The notes: generated by a model not told the origin, from the letters alone. Counted from the stretch's first letter, positions 9,764 through 20,394 are shown. The stretch is 64,000 bases of DNA from Planctomycetota bacterium (GCA_965228735.1 OZ245838.1:1984001-2048000); one strand, 5' to 3'. A program made the numbers and translations.

Positions 9764-10645
9764 ATGAACCCGCCCGAATCCGCCATCGTCCACCTCGCGC
9801 TGCCGAAGGGCCGCATGGAGCAAGGGGTCCGCGAGCTGCTCGCCGACGCCGGCATCCGCATCCGCACCGACGCCCGCGCCTACCGCCCGTCGCTGTCGAT
9901 CCAGGGCTTCGAGACCAAGCTGCTCAAGCCGCAGAACATCGTCGGCATGCTCACCGAGGGTTCGCGCGACATCGGGTTCGCGGGCGCGGACTGGGTCGCG
10001 GAGCGCGACGCACCGCTGATCGAACTGCTCGACACCGGCCTCGATCCGGTGCGCATCGTGCTCGCCGCGCCGACCGAGGTCGTCGAGAACGGTCGCTTCG
10101 TCGCGCCCGCGGGTCGGCCGCCGCGCATCGCGAGCGAGTACGAGCGGCTGACGACCCGGTGGATCGAGAGCAATCTGGCGGGCGCGAAGTTCGTGCGCGC
10201 GCACGGCGCGACCGAGGTGTTCCCGCCCGAGGACGCCGACGCGATCGTCGACAACACGGCAACCGGCTCGACGCTCCGGGCGAACGGCCTCGTGATCGTC
10301 GAGGACGTGATGCGGTCGTCGACGCGACTCTACGCCAACCCCATGGCGCTCGAGGAGCCGGACAAGCGCCGCGCGATCGACGACTTCGTGCTCGTTCTGC
10401 GCGCGGTCCTCGAAGCGCGCCAACGCGCGATGATCGAACTCAACGTCGGCGCCGACGCGCTCGACCGCGTCGTCGACGGGCTGCCGTGCATGCGCCGGCC
10501 GACCGTGTCGACCCTGCACGAGGGCAGCGGCTACGCCGTGCGTGCCGCGGTGCCGCGCACCGACCTGCCGCGGCTCGTTCCCGATCTCAAAGCGCGCGGC
10601 GCCACCGACATCGTCGTCTCCACCATCGAACAGATCGTGCCGTGA
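9764..10645 (+). CDS. hisG: ATP phosphoribosyltransferase, long form
   Basis: Motifs LALPKGR, DIGFAGADW, GATEVFPPEDADAIVDNTATGSTLRANGL, plus the C-terminal regulatory domain (PTVSTL...GATDIVV). Confidence 0.95.
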   Translation: MNPPESAIVHLALPKGRMEQGVRELLADAGIRIRTDARAYRPSLSIQGFETKLLKPQNIVGMLTEGSRDIGFAGADWVAERDAPLIELLDTGLDPVRIVLAAPTEVVENGRFVAPAGRPPRIASEYERLTTRWIESNLAGAKFVRAHGATEVFPPEDADAIVDNTATGSTLRANGLVIVEDVMRSSTRLYANPMALEEPDKRRAIDDFVLVLRAVLEARQRAMIELNVGADALDRVVDGLPCMRRPTVSTLHEGSGYAVRAAVPRTDLPRLVPDLKARGATDIVVSTIEQIVP

Positions 10646-12291
10646 CCGTGACGCCTGCTGATGGACCTCTCGGCTACGCCCCTCCGGGCTTCCGCGCCGC
10701 GATCGACCTCGATCTGTCCAAGAACGAGGGCCGCGCCCCCGCCTGGGATGCGCTCGCGGGCATAGCGCCCGGCGCGGACACGGTCCGGCGCTATCCGGCG
10801 CTGGACGAGTTGCGCGCGGCGATGGCGACGACCTACGGCGTGCCAACCGACACGATCGTCGTCACGGCCGGCATCGACGATGCGCTCCTGCGGTTGTGCC
10901 TCGCGCAGCTCGGGGAGAACACCGAAGCGGTCGTCGCGTCGCCGACGTTCGAGATGATCCCGCGTTACGTGACTCTCGCGCGCGGCACGTTGCGCGCGGT
11001 CCCGTGGCCCGACGGACCGTTCCCCACTGCCGCGTTCCTCGCCGCGATCACACCGCGAACGAAGGTCGCGTTCGTCGTCTCACCCAACAACCCGACGGGC
11101 GGGATCGCCACGGCGGCCGATCTGCGCGCCGTCGCGGCGGCGCTACCGGACGGCGTCGTCGCGCTGGACGCGGCCTACGCCGAGTTCCGCGACGATGGCC
11201 TTCCCGCGGTCGGGCTCGAGCTCGACAACGTGGTCGTCCTGCGCACGCTGTCGAAGGCCTGGGGACTCGCGGGTCTGCGCGTGGGCTGCGCGATCGCCCG
11301 CCCGGAGCTCGTCGCCAGGTTGTTCGCCGCCGGCAACCCGATGCCGGTATCGGTCGCGTCCGCGAGCCTCGCGACGCGCCGGCTGCAGACGGGCACCGAG
11401 GACCTCCGCGATCACGTGGCCCAGGTCGCCACCGAACGCACGGCACTGACCAGGAGCCTGCGCGAGCTCGGCGCCGATGTCGCGGAGCCGACCTGCGCCA
11501 ACTTCGTTCTCGCGCGCGGGCTCGACCCGGCCTGGATGACCGCCGCGCTGGCCGCGCTCGGCATCGCGATCCGACGCTTCCCCGATCGCGAGGAGCTCGC
11601 CGGCGCGGTTCGCATCGGATTGCCGGGAACGACCGCGGACTACGCGCGCCTCGAGCACGCGTTGCGCACGACGCTCGCGCCGGCCGCGTTGCTGTTCGAC
11701 ATGGACGGCGTCCTCGCCGAGGTCAGCGAGTCGTACCGCGCGGCGATCCAGGCGACCGCCGCGAGCTACGGCGTCGACCTCACGAGCGCGGCGATCGCCG
11801 AGCGCAAGGCGCAGGGCAACGCCAACGACGACTGGGCCCTCACGCACGAACTCGTCTCCGCGGCCGGCGTGACCGCGACGCTCGCAGACGTCACGGCGCG
11901 GTTCGAGGAACGCTATCAGGAGCTCCGGGCGCGCGAGTCGCTGATGGTCGACAAGCCGACGCTGCTGCGCTGGCGAGAACGCTACCGCCTCGGCGTCGTG
12001 ACGGGGCGACCGCGCAGCGACGCCGAGTACTTCCTGCGGCAGTTCGACCTGCTCGACGTGTTCGATGCCGTGGTCTGCCGCGAGGACGCCGCGCTCAAAC
12101 CGGATCCCGCGCCCGTGCGCCTCGCGCTCGAACGCCTCGGCGTCAGGACGGCGTGGATGCTCGGCGACACGCCCGACGACCACGATGCGGCCCGCGGCGC
12201 CGGCGTCCTGCCGATCGCCGTCGGCCCCGACGATCCGCGCGCCGCCGCGATGCTTCCGAACACCCCCGCCCTCGAAGACCTGCTGCCATGA
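10642..12291 (+). CDS. hisC: Histidinol-phosphate aminotransferase fused to a C-terminal HAD phosphatase (putative histidinol phosphatase)
   Basis: HisC motifs LSKNE, SPNNPTG, DAAYAEF and RTLSKAWGLAGLRVG, then HAD motifs FDMDGVL, VVTGRP, KPDP and GDTPDD. GTGA overlap with hisG. Confidence 0.9.
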   Translation: MTVTPADGPLGYAPPGFRAAIDLDLSKNEGRAPAWDALAGIAPGADTVRRYPALDELRAAMATTYGVPTDTIVVTAGIDDALLRLCLAQLGENTEAVVASPTFEMIPRYVTLARGTLRAVPWPDGPFPTAAFLAAITPRTKVAFVVSPNNPTGGIATAADLRAVAAALPDGVVALDAAYAEFRDDGLPAVGLELDNVVVLRTLSKAWGLAGLRVGCAIARPELVARLFAAGNPMPVSVASASLATRRLQTGTEDLRDHVAQVATERTALTRSLRELGADVAEPTCANFVLARGLDPAWMTAALAALGIAIRRFPDREELAGAVRIGLPGTTADYARLEHALRTTLAPAALLFDMDGVLAEVSESYRAAIQATAASYGVDLTSAAIAERKAQGNANDDWALTHELVSAAGVTATLADVTARFEERYQELRARESLMVDKPTLLRWRERYRLGVVTGRPRSDAEYFLRQFDLLDVFDAVVCREDAALKPDPAPVRLALERLGVRTAWMLGDTPDDHDAARGAGVLPIAVGPDDPRAAAMLPNTPALEDLLP

Positions 12292-12899
12292 CCGACGCAT
12301 CGCACCCGCGCACCGCGACCGTAAGCCGAAAGACCAAGGAGACCGACATCGCGGTCGAGCTCACGCTCGACGGCAGCGGCCGCGCCGACATCGCGACCGG
12401 GCTGCCGTTCCTCGACCACATGCTCACGGCCCTGACGCTGCACGCGCGCTTCGATCTGCGATTGCAGGCCGAGGGCGACCTCGAGATCGACGACCACCAC
12501 ACCGCCGAGGACTGCGCGCTGACGCTCGGACAGGCCCTGCGCGACGCGCTCGGCGATCGCCGCGGCGTCGCGCGCTTCGGGTCGGCCCACGTGCCGCTCG
12601 ACGAAGCGCTGACCCGGGCGGTCATCGACCTCAGCGGTCGCCCGTGGGCCGAGGTGGAGCTCGCGTTCCGCGGCGAACGGCTCGGCACGTGCCGGACCGA
12701 GAACCTCACGCACTTCTGCCGCTCGTTCGCGACCGCGGCGCACGTGACGCTGCACCTCGACGTGTTGCGCGGCGAGAACGACCACCACAAGGCCGAGAGC
12801 GCGTTCAAGGCCCTGGCCGTGGCGCTCCGCATGGCGGTCCGACGCGACGCCACGGCTGGCGCAACCGGCGACGTCCCGAGCACGAAGGGCACCCTGTGA
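12288..12899 (+). CDS. hisB: Imidazoleglycerol-phosphate dehydratase
   Basis: Motifs RKTKETDI, FLDHML, IDDHHTAED, PLDEAL, NDHHKAESAFKA and PSTKG. Confidence 0.96.
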   Translation: MTDASHPRTATVSRKTKETDIAVELTLDGSGRADIATGLPFLDHMLTALTLHARFDLRLQAEGDLEIDDHHTAEDCALTLGQALRDALGDRRGVARFGSAHVPLDEALTRAVIDLSGRPWAEVELAFRGERLGTCRTENLTHFCRSFATAAHVTLHLDVLRGENDHHKAESAFKALAVALRMAVRRDATAGATGDVPSTKGTL

Positions 12900-13504
12900 T
12901 CGACGACGTTCTCGTGGTGCCGACCGGCATCGCCAACACGGCGTCCGTGCTCGCGGCGTTCACGCGGCTCGGCGCGACCCCACGGCTGTGCGGCGACGCC
13001 GAAGAGCTCGCAGTCGCGGCGGCGGTCGTGCTGCCGGGCGTGGGCGCGTTCGGCGCCGCGGCGCAGCGGCTCGACGAACTCGGCGTCCGCGCGGCGCTGA
13101 CCGATCGCATCGCGAGCGGCCGCCCGACGCTCGCGATCTGCCTCGGCCTCCAGCTCCTCTGCAGCAGCAGCGAGGAGAGCCCTGGCGCTGCCGGCCTCGG
13201 CATCATCGACGCGGCGATCACCCGGTTTCCGCCGACGGTCCGCGTGCCGCAGATGGGCTGGAACCATGTCGCGCCGACCGACTGCGAACTGCTACAGCCG
13301 GGGCACGCGGTCTTCGCCAACACCTACCGGCTCGAGACCATCCCCGCCGGCTGGGCTGGCGCCGTGACGGATCACGGCGGCGCGTTCGCCAGCGCGCTCG
13401 AGCGCGGCCCGGTGCTCGCGTGCCAGTTCCACCCCGAGATCTCCGGCGGGTTCGGCCAGGACCTGCTGCGCCGGTGGCTGCAGCGAGCGCGGGAGGCGGG
13501 CTGA
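12896..13504 (+). CDS. hisH: Imidazole glycerol phosphate synthase glutaminase subunit
   Basis: Motifs VVLPGVGAF, ICLGLQLL, VPQMGWN and QFHPE. Confidence 0.94.
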   Translation: MIDDVLVVPTGIANTASVLAAFTRLGATPRLCGDAEELAVAAAVVLPGVGAFGAAAQRLDELGVRAALTDRIASGRPTLAICLGLQLLCSSSEESPGAAGLGIIDAAITRFPPTVRVPQMGWNHVAPTDCELLQPGHAVFANTYRLETIPAGWAGAVTDHGGAFASALERGPVLACQFHPEISGGFGQDLLRRWLQRAREAG

Positions 13505-14286
13505 TGCTGCTGCCGCGCGTCATCCCGTGCCTCGACGTCGACGCCGGTCGCGTCGTCAAGGGCGTTCGCTTCCAGGGGCTGCGCGACGCCGGCGATCCCG
13601 TCGAACGGGCGTCCGCGTACGCGGAGCAGGGCGGCGACGAGCTCGTGCTGCTCGACGTCTCCGCGACGCACGAGGGTCGGGAGACCGCGGCAGAGACCGT
13701 GCGCCGCGTTCGTGCCGTGCTGCCGATCCCGCTGACCGTCGGCGGCGGCATCCGCACCGTCGCCGATGCCGAGCGCATGCTCAGCGCCGGCGCGGACAAG
13801 ATCGGCATCAACAGCGCCGCAGTTGCCCGACCCGAGCTGCTGAGCGACATCCGCGATCGTCTCGGCGCGCAGTGCACGATCCTCGCGCTCGACGCGGCGC
13901 GCATGCCGGCAACGAACGACAACGACGACGCCGGGCCACCGCGCTTCGACGTCGTGACGCACGGCGGCCGCACGCGAACGGGCACCGACGCGATCGGCTG
14001 GGCCCGCGCGGCCGTCGCAGCGGGCGCCGGTGAGATCCTGCTGACGAGCTGGGACCGGGACGGCACGCGTTCGGGCTACGACCTCGAACTCCTCCGCGCC
14101 GTGAGCGACGCAGTGCCCGTCCCGGTGATCGCGTCGGGCGGCGCGGCCCACGCCGGCCACCTCGCCGCAGCGCTCGACAGCGGCGCGAGCGCGGTACTCA
14201 TCGCCTCGATGCTGCACGACGGCGACACCACGGTAGCAGACGTCAAGCGGCAGCTCCGCGACCTGAACATCGAGACCCGACCATGA
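13504..14286 (+). CDS. hisF: Imidazole glycerol phosphate synthase cyclase subunit
   Basis: Motifs RVIPCLDV, VVKGVRF, PLTVGGGI, GAGEILLTSWDRDGT and VIASGGA. Confidence 0.96.
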   Translation: MLLPRVIPCLDVDAGRVVKGVRFQGLRDAGDPVERASAYAEQGGDELVLLDVSATHEGRETAAETVRRVRAVLPIPLTVGGGIRTVADAERMLSAGADKIGINSAAVARPELLSDIRDRLGAQCTILALDAARMPATNDNDDAGPPRFDVVTHGGRTRTGTDAIGWARAAVAAGAGEILLTSWDRDGTRSGYDLELLRAVSDAVPVPVIASGGAAHAGHLAAALDSGASAVLIASMLHDGDTTVADVKRQLRDLNIETRP

Positions 14287-15542
14287 TCATTCCTTCCATC
14301 GACCTCGAGAACGGACGCACGGTGCAGCTCGTCGGCGGCGAGGAGCTCGCCATCGACGCGGGGGATCCGCTGCCGCTGCTCGACCGCTTCGCCGTCGCGG
14401 GCGAGGTCGCCGTCGTCGACCTCGACGCGGCGCGCGGCGACGGCGACAACCGTGAGCTCGTGCGCGCGCTCTGCGACCGCTCCGACGTGCGCGTCGGCGG
14501 CGGCATCCGCGACTACGACGCGGCATGCGACTGGCTCGACGCGGGGGCGACGAAGATCGTCATCGGCACCGCGGCCGAACCCGCGCTGCTGCGACGGCTG
14601 CCGCGCGAGCGAGTCGTCGTCGCGCTCGACGAGAAAGGCGGCGAGGTCGTGACCCACGGCTGGCGCCAGGGCAGCGGCAACGAGCTGCTGAGCCGGGTGG
14701 CAGAGCTGCGGGAGCTGTGCGGCGGCTTCCTCGTCACGTTCGTCGATCGCGAGGGTCGACTCGGCGGGACCGACGAGGAGCGTGCCGCCGCCGTCATCGA
14801 GGCGGCGGGCGACGCGCGCGTGACGATCGCGGGGGGCGTCACGACGGCCGCAGAAATCGGACGGCTCGACCGGCTCGGCGCCGACGCGCAGGTCGGCATG
14901 GCGCTCTACACCGGTCAGCTCGACCTCGGCGACGCCATCGCGGCGCCGCTCACGAGCGATCGGGCGGACGGCCTGTGGCCCACCGTCGTCGCGGACGAGC
15001 ACGGCGTGGCCCTCGGTCTCGCGTATTCGAGCGCCGAGAGCGTCCGCGCCGCCGTCGCCGAGCGCCGTGGGGTCTACCACTCGCGGCAGCGCGGCCCCTG
15101 GACGAAGGGCGCGACCTCGGGCGCCACGCAGGAGCTCCTGGCCATCGACCTCGACTGCGACCGCGACACGCTGCGCTTCACCGTCCGGCAGCGCGACCCC
15201 GGGTTCTGCCACGCGAACACGCGGACGTGCTGGGGCGAGGACCACGGCATCGGCCGACTCGCCCGTCGCCTCGGGGAACGGCAGCGGAACGCCCCCGCCG
15301 GTTCCAACACCGCCCGGCTCTTCGCCGACGCCGATCTGCTCGCGAGCAAGCTGCGCGAGGAGGCCATGGAGTTGGCCGCGCCGGACGCGGATGTCGCGGC
15401 CGAAACCGCCGACCTCCTCTACTTCGCCCTCGTCCGTATGACGGGCGCCGGCATCTCGCTCGCCGAGGTCGCCCACGCGCTCGACCGCCGCGCCCGTCGC
15501 GTCTCGCGCCGACCGTGCGAGGCCAAGGACATCGAACGCTAA
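14283..15542 (+). CDS. hisAIE: Trifunctional HisA-HisI-HisE fusion
   Basis: N-terminal HisA barrel (IIPSIDL, VQL, VGGGIR, GW, TIAGG); HisI (WTKGATSG, DCDRD, FCH...TC); HisE (KLREEAMEL, ETADLLYF). Confidence 0.9.
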   Translation: MIIPSIDLENGRTVQLVGGEELAIDAGDPLPLLDRFAVAGEVAVVDLDAARGDGDNRELVRALCDRSDVRVGGGIRDYDAACDWLDAGATKIVIGTAAEPALLRRLPRERVVVALDEKGGEVVTHGWRQGSGNELLSRVAELRELCGGFLVTFVDREGRLGGTDEERAAAVIEAAGDARVTIAGGVTTAAEIGRLDRLGADAQVGMALYTGQLDLGDAIAAPLTSDRADGLWPTVVADEHGVALGLAYSSAESVRAAVAERRGVYHSRQRGPWTKGATSGATQELLAIDLDCDRDTLRFTVRQRDPGFCHANTRTCWGEDHGIGRLARRLGERQRNAPAGSNTARLFADADLLASKLREEAMELAAPDADVAAETADLLYFALVRMTGAGISLAEVAHALDRRARRVSRRPCEAKDIER

Positions 15543-15554
15543 CCGTCGCCCACC

Positions 15555-16820
15555 ATGCTGCATCGGCTCACGAGCTCCGACCTCCGCACCCTCGCGCGTT
15601 CACCGCTCGACCCCGCGACTCTCACGCACGCCGCGACCATCGTCGAGGACGTGCGGACGCGCGGTGCGGCCGCCGTTCGCGAACACGCCGAACGGCTCGG
15701 CGACATCGCGAGCGGGCAGTCGGTCGTCATCGAACGCCCCGAACTCGAACGGGCCAGGAACGCGATCGACGAGGCGCACCTCGCGCTGCTCGAACGCACC
15801 GCGGACCGGATCCGGCGCTTCGCCACGGCCCAGCGCGACTGCCTGCTGCCGCTGTCGACCGAGGTTCCCGGTGGCCGCGCCGGCCACCGCTTCGTGCCGA
15901 CCCGGAGCGCCGGTTGCTACGCGCCCGGCGGCCGCTACCCGCTGCCGTCCTCGGTGCTCATGACGGTCATTCCGGCAGCGGTCGCGGGCGTCGAGTCGAT
16001 CACTGTCGCGACACCACGGCCGGCCGAGGTGATGCTCGCCGCGGCCGCCGTCGCCGGGGCCGACCGCGTGCTCGCCGTCGGCGGAGCCCAGGCGATCGCC
16101 GCACTCGCGTTCGGGGCATACGGCCCGCGCGCCGACGTCATCGTCGGCCCCGGCAACCGCTGGGTCACGGCCGCCAAGAAGCACCTCGCCGGCGAGGTCG
16201 GCATCGACGGACTCGCCGGTCCGAGCGAGCTCGTCGTGCTCGCCGACGGGAGCGCCGACCCGGCCGTCGTCGCCGCGGACCTGCTCGGCCAGGCCGAGCA
16301 CGACTCGGATGCGAGCGCGATGGTCGTGTCGCCGGACCGCGCGCTGCTCGACGCGGTCGACGAGGCGCTGCACGACCAGCTGCGCGACCTCGCGACGGCG
16401 AGCACGGCCCGGGCGGCGCTCGCCGGGCAGGGCTGCGCCGTCCTCGTCGCCGATCTCGACGAGGCCGTCGACGTCGTGAACCGGATCGCCCCCGAGCACC
16501 TCGAGCTCTGCGTCGAGGATCCGCATGCGCTCGTCGAACGCCTCACGGCCTACGGCGGCCTGTTCATCGGCGAGGGTTCCGCCGAGGTGTTCGGCGACTA
16601 CGGCGCCGGGCCGAATCACGTGCTGCCGACGGGTCGCGGATCACGCTTCCAGGCCGGCTTGTCGGTCCTGACGTTCCTGCGGCCATTGACGTTCCTCGAG
16701 CTCGACGACCCGAGCGAGTTGATCGAGGACGCGGCGAACCTCGCGCGCATCGAAGGGCTCCAGGCGCACGCGCTGTCGGCCGAAGCGCGTCGGCGGACGT
16801 CGTCGGCTCGCGACCGGTGA
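15555..16820 (+). CDS. hisD: Histidinol dehydrogenase
   Basis: Motifs YAPGG, GGAQAIAALAFG, GPGNRWV, AGPSE, QAEHD, APEHLEL and GDYGAGPNHVLPT. Confidence 0.96.
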   Translation: MLHRLTSSDLRTLARSPLDPATLTHAATIVEDVRTRGAAAVREHAERLGDIASGQSVVIERPELERARNAIDEAHLALLERTADRIRRFATAQRDCLLPLSTEVPGGRAGHRFVPTRSAGCYAPGGRYPLPSSVLMTVIPAAVAGVESITVATPRPAEVMLAAAAVAGADRVLAVGGAQAIAALAFGAYGPRADVIVGPGNRWVTAAKKHLAGEVGIDGLAGPSELVVLADGSADPAVVAADLLGQAEHDSDASAMVVSPDRALLDAVDEALHDQLRDLATASTARAALAGQGCAVLVADLDEAVDVVNRIAPEHLELCVEDPHALVERLTAYGGLFIGEGSAEVFGDYGAGPNHVLPTGRGSRFQAGLSVLTFLRPLTFLELDDPSELIEDAANLARIEGLQAHALSAEARRRTSSARDR

Positions 16821-16824
16821 GGCG

Positions 16825-18420
16825 TCAGCGCCGCCAGAAGTGCGGCGTAAGGATGGCGAGCGGCGCCAGGATCTCGAGCCGGCCGAGCACCATCTGCACG
16901 GCCATCGACAGCTTGGCCCACCACCGCAGTTCGCCATAGCCAGCGTACGGCCCGAGCCCGACCTCGCTCACGAGCTCGAACGTGCCGTCCGCCTGCGGCA
17001 CGACCTCGCCGAACGCCGGGCCGATGCAACCCATCATGCTCGTGCTCGCCGCGAGCGACGACATCAGATCGATGCGCGGGTCGAGCCCGAGCACGGCGGC
17101 GCCGAGCGCCCAGGTCAGGAGCCACAGCACGAGGAAGCCCACGACCGCCGACACGACGCGGTTGGGAATGACCTCGGACCCGACCCGCAACTTCTCGACG
17201 CTGCGCGGTCGCACGAAGTGACGCAGCGTGTAGCCGCCGAGCCGGAACGAGACGATCGTGCGCAGGACCTTGAAGCCGCCCGCCGTCGAGCCGGTGCACC
17301 CGCCGATGAACATGCAGAGCAGCAGCAGATAGAGCGCGGCCTTGGGCCAGTGTTCGAAGTTGGCCGTCGCGTAGCCCGTCGAGGTCAGGATGCTGACGGT
17401 CTGGAACGCGCCGTCGCGCAGGCACCGCCAGAAGTCGTCGTAGTCGCGCACGATCCCGAGGCTCTCGTCGCGCAACGGATCGGCGAGGAACCACAGCGCG
17501 AGCGTGATCCCGGCCGTCACGAACAACGTGATGCGCAAATAGACCCGGAACTCCATCCCGTGCAGGCTGACCTCGCCGCTCTGCGAGCCCTTCTTGCCGC
17601 CCCGGGTCAACGTCCTGAGGATGAGCAGGAAGTTGCAGCCGGCGAGGAACATGAACACGATCGCCACGCACTCGACGGCAAGGTTCTGGTAGCCGCCGAC
17701 CGAGACGTTGTGATTCGAGAACCCACCCGTCGCGAGCGTCGTCATCGCGTGGCACAGCGCGTCGAAGAGCGACAGGCCAGCACCCCAGTACGACAGCAAC
17801 GCGGCGAGCGTGAGACCGACGTAGAGCTGGAAGAGTCGACGCGCCTGCAGCGACATCCGCGGCCGCAGAGTGTCGTCCGCGACTCCCACCTGCTCGGACG
17901 AGAGCAGCCTGCTGCCGGTCACCCCGACGGTCGGCAGCAGGACGATGAACACGAGCACGATCCCGATGCCGCCCATCCACTGCAACATCGACCGCCACAG
18001 CAACACGCTCGGCGCGAGCGACTCGATGTCACGGTTGGCGGTGCCGAGCACCGTCGCGCCGGTCGTCGTCAATCCGCTGATGCACTCGAAGTAGGCGTCG
18101 ACGAACGACGGAATGGAGTCCGTCAGGACGAACGGCACCGCCGCGATCGCACCCGCGAGGAACCACGCCAGCCCGACCATCGCGAGCCCTTCCTTGCGGA
18201 ACACGGACTGGTCGTCCGTTCGCCCCGCGAACCACAGCACAGCCGCGACGCTGACGCCGATCACCATCGACCAGACGAACGCCATCGTCGACGGCAGCGG
18301 CGCACCGGTGCTGTCCGGCACCGGATCCTCGAACAGGGACAGCAACGCCGGCGCGAGCATCGCGAGCGCGAAGAACAGCACGAACCCCGACAGCAGGCGG
18401 GCGACGATGCGCAGGTTCAT
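16825..18420 (-). CDS. trkH: Trk-type potassium uptake membrane protein
   Basis: Motifs FECISGLTTTGAT, QWMGGIG, TLATGGFS, TSTGY, GGCTGSTAGGFK and LGRLE. Confidence 0.93.
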   Translation of the reverse strand: MNLRIVARLLSGFVLFFALAMLAPALLSLFEDPVPDSTGAPLPSTMAFVWSMVIGVSVAAVLWFAGRTDDQSVFRKEGLAMVGLAWFLAGAIAAVPFVLTDSIPSFVDAYFECISGLTTTGATVLGTANRDIESLAPSVLLWRSMLQWMGGIGIVLVFIVLLPTVGVTGSRLLSSEQVGVADDTLRPRMSLQARRLFQLYVGLTLAALLSYWGAGLSLFDALCHAMTTLATGGFSNHNVSVGGYQNLAVECVAIVFMFLAGCNFLLILRTLTRGGKKGSQSGEVSLHGMEFRVYLRITLFVTAGITLALWFLADPLRDESLGIVRDYDDFWRCLRDGAFQTVSILTSTGYATANFEHWPKAALYLLLLCMFIGGCTGSTAGGFKVLRTIVSFRLGGYTLRHFVRPRSVEKLRVGSEVIPNRVVSAVVGFLVLWLLTWALGAAVLGLDPRIDLMSSLAASTSMMGCIGPAFGEVVPQADGTFELVSEVGLGPYAGYGELRWWAKLSMAVQMVLGRLEILAPLAILTPHFWRR

Positions 18421-18791
18421 GGCGCCATCCCCGCGGTGTCGAACACGAACTCCCGCGGCGCCGAGGACTCCCGGACCGTGAGGATGCGTTGGAGCTCCGA
18501 ATCACCGACGCGCAGGAGCAGCACCGCGGGCCCGGGCGGCAACTCGATGTCGACGCCCGTTCGCCCGGTCGCGACCGTGACTCGCGAGCCGTCCTCGTGC
18601 AGCGCTCGCAGCTCACCGCCTTCTGGCAGCGCGGGTTGGAACACGATCTCGACGGTGACGTGACTGGCTGATACGGCGACCCCGCCGGGCCGCGCGCCGC
18701 TCCCATCCACGTCGCGGTCGGGCGCACCGGCACACGCCGCAACCGTCAACACGAAACCGACCACCGGCCCGATCCTGAGCGACCGCGTCAC
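18417..18791 (-). CDS. Hypothetical lipoprotein
   Basis: Lipobox VAAC; 4-nt overlaps with pgi and trkH. Confidence 0.65.
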   Translation of the reverse strand: MTRSLRIGPVVGFVLTVAACAGAPDRDVDGSGARPGGVAVSASHVTVEIVFQPALPEGGELRALHEDGSRVTVATGRTGVDIELPPGPAVLLLRVGDSELQRILTVRESSAPREFVFDTAGMAP

Positions 18792-20374
18792 GAACGCCGG
18801 AACCTCGCCGCAGCGGGATCATGGCCCTGACTGACCTCGACATCCGCGCGGTTGCTCGCGAGATGCTGCAGGATGGGCCAGCAGTCCGCGGGATCCGCAT
18901 CGACCATGCCCGCGAGCGCGCGCACGTCCTGGCCTTCGGCGGTGAGCGCGTCCCCGAGCCGGTGCTGCAGGTCGATCACGGCGGCAGCCGCCTTCTTGCC
19001 CGCCTCGACCCCCGGCTGGTGGAACGCGTTGACGTCGACGAGCTCCGCGTAGACGGCCACCGCGCGCTCGAACAGCGCCAGGACCGCGCCGAGCGAGCGC
19101 TCGTCGAGGTAGTCGAGCCCGATGGTGACCGAGCAACGCCCGTTCTCGAACAGCGCCGCCCGCGTGCCCTGCCAGAAGCCGTCGAGGAAATCGCCGCTCG
19201 TCACCCCCGGCTCGACCTCGAACAGCTCGTCGCCGTCGCGATCCCGCAGCACCCGCACGAACAGCGCGAAGAAGTCGTGCACGCCCTCCCGCAGCTGCTG
19301 CACGAACGCGTGCTGATCCGTCGACCCCTTGTTGCCGTAGACCGTGAGCCCCTGCTCGACCTTGCGGCCCTTGCGGTCGAGCTCCTTGCCGAGCGACTCC
19401 ATGACGAGCTGCTGGAGATAGCGCGACAGCAACAACAGCCGGTCCTTGTAGGGCAGGACGACCATGGCTCGTTCGCCCGCGCCGCCGCTCTGCACGTGCC
19501 AGAACGCGGCCAGCATCGCGGCCGGGTTCTGCCGCAGTTCGTCGCCGTCGCGACGGGTGGCGTCGTCCATCGCGGCGGCACCCGCGAGGAACGCCCGGAG
19601 GTCGAGGCCGATCAGCGCGGCCGGCAGCAGTCCGACGGCCGACATGATCGAGGTGCGGCCGCCGACCCAGTCCCACATGGGGAACGTCGCGACCCAACCC
19701 TCCGACTCGGCCTTCTGCGCGAGCAGGCTGCCCGGCGTCGTCACCGCGACGGCGCGCGGGCCGAACGCGAGTCCCTGCTCCCGACACGCGCGCTCGACCT
19801 CGGCCATGGCGTTGCGCGTCTCCTTCGTGCCGCCCGACTTGCTGATGACGATGACGAGCGCGTCCTGCAGCGTGCCGAGGCGCCCGAGCGCGCGGTCCAT
19901 GCCGTCGGGATCGGTGTTGTCGAGCACCGTCAGCGTCATCGCGGCATCCGGCCGCTCGAACACGTCGGCGAGCAGCATCGGCCCGAGCGCGGAGCCGCCG
20001 ATACCGCAGAGCACCACCTTGGTGAATGCCGTGCCCTCGGGCGCCGCGAGGCCGCCGCTGTGCACCCGTTCGGCGAAGGTCTCGATCGCCGCGATCACGT
20101 CGACGATGCCCTGCTCGATCTCCGGATGCGGCGCGAGGCCCGGCGCCCGCAGCCAGAAGTGGCCGACCATGCGTTCCTCGTCGACGTTGGCGATCGCGCC
20201 GTCCTCGAGCGCGCGCATGGCCGCGAGCGCCTGCTGCAGGCCCGCCGTCCGCGCGTCGAGCTCGGCGTCCGACAGGCCGGCGTGACCGAAGTCGAGTTCG
20301 ACGAACGGATCGTCGAGGACGCACCGCCGGGACAGGTAGGCGGCGAAGCGATCGGAGTTGGCTGCTTCAGGCAT
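18788..20374 (-). CDS. pgi: Glucose-6-phosphate isomerase
   Basis: Motifs [44 protein letters not shown] and QPGVEAGK. Confidence 0.96.
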   Translation of the reverse strand: MPEAANSDRFAAYLSRRCVLDDPFVELDFGHAGLSDAELDARTAGLQQALAAMRALEDGAIANVDEERMVGHFWLRAPGLAPHPEIEQGIVDVIAAIETFAERVHSGGLAAPEGTAFTKVVLCGIGGSALGPMLLADVFERPDAAMTLTVLDNTDPDGMDRALGRLGTLQDALVIVISKSGGTKETRNAMAEVERACREQGLAFGPRAVAVTTPGSLLAQKAESEGWVATFPMWDWVGGRTSIMSAVGLLPAALIGLDLRAFLAGAAAMDDATRRDGDELRQNPAAMLAAFWHVQSGGAGERAMVVLPYKDRLLLLSRYLQQLVMESLGKELDRKGRKVEQGLTVYGNKGSTDQHAFVQQLREGVHDFFALFVRVLRDRDGDELFEVEPGVTSGDFLDGFWQGTRAALFENGRCSVTIGLDYLDERSLGAVLALFERAVAVYAELVDVNAFHQPGVEAGKKAAAAVIDLQHRLGDALTAEGQDVRALAGMVDADPADCWPILQHLASNRADVEVSQGHDPAAARFRRS

Positions 20375-20394
20375 GGTTCCTCGCGAGGGCAGAA

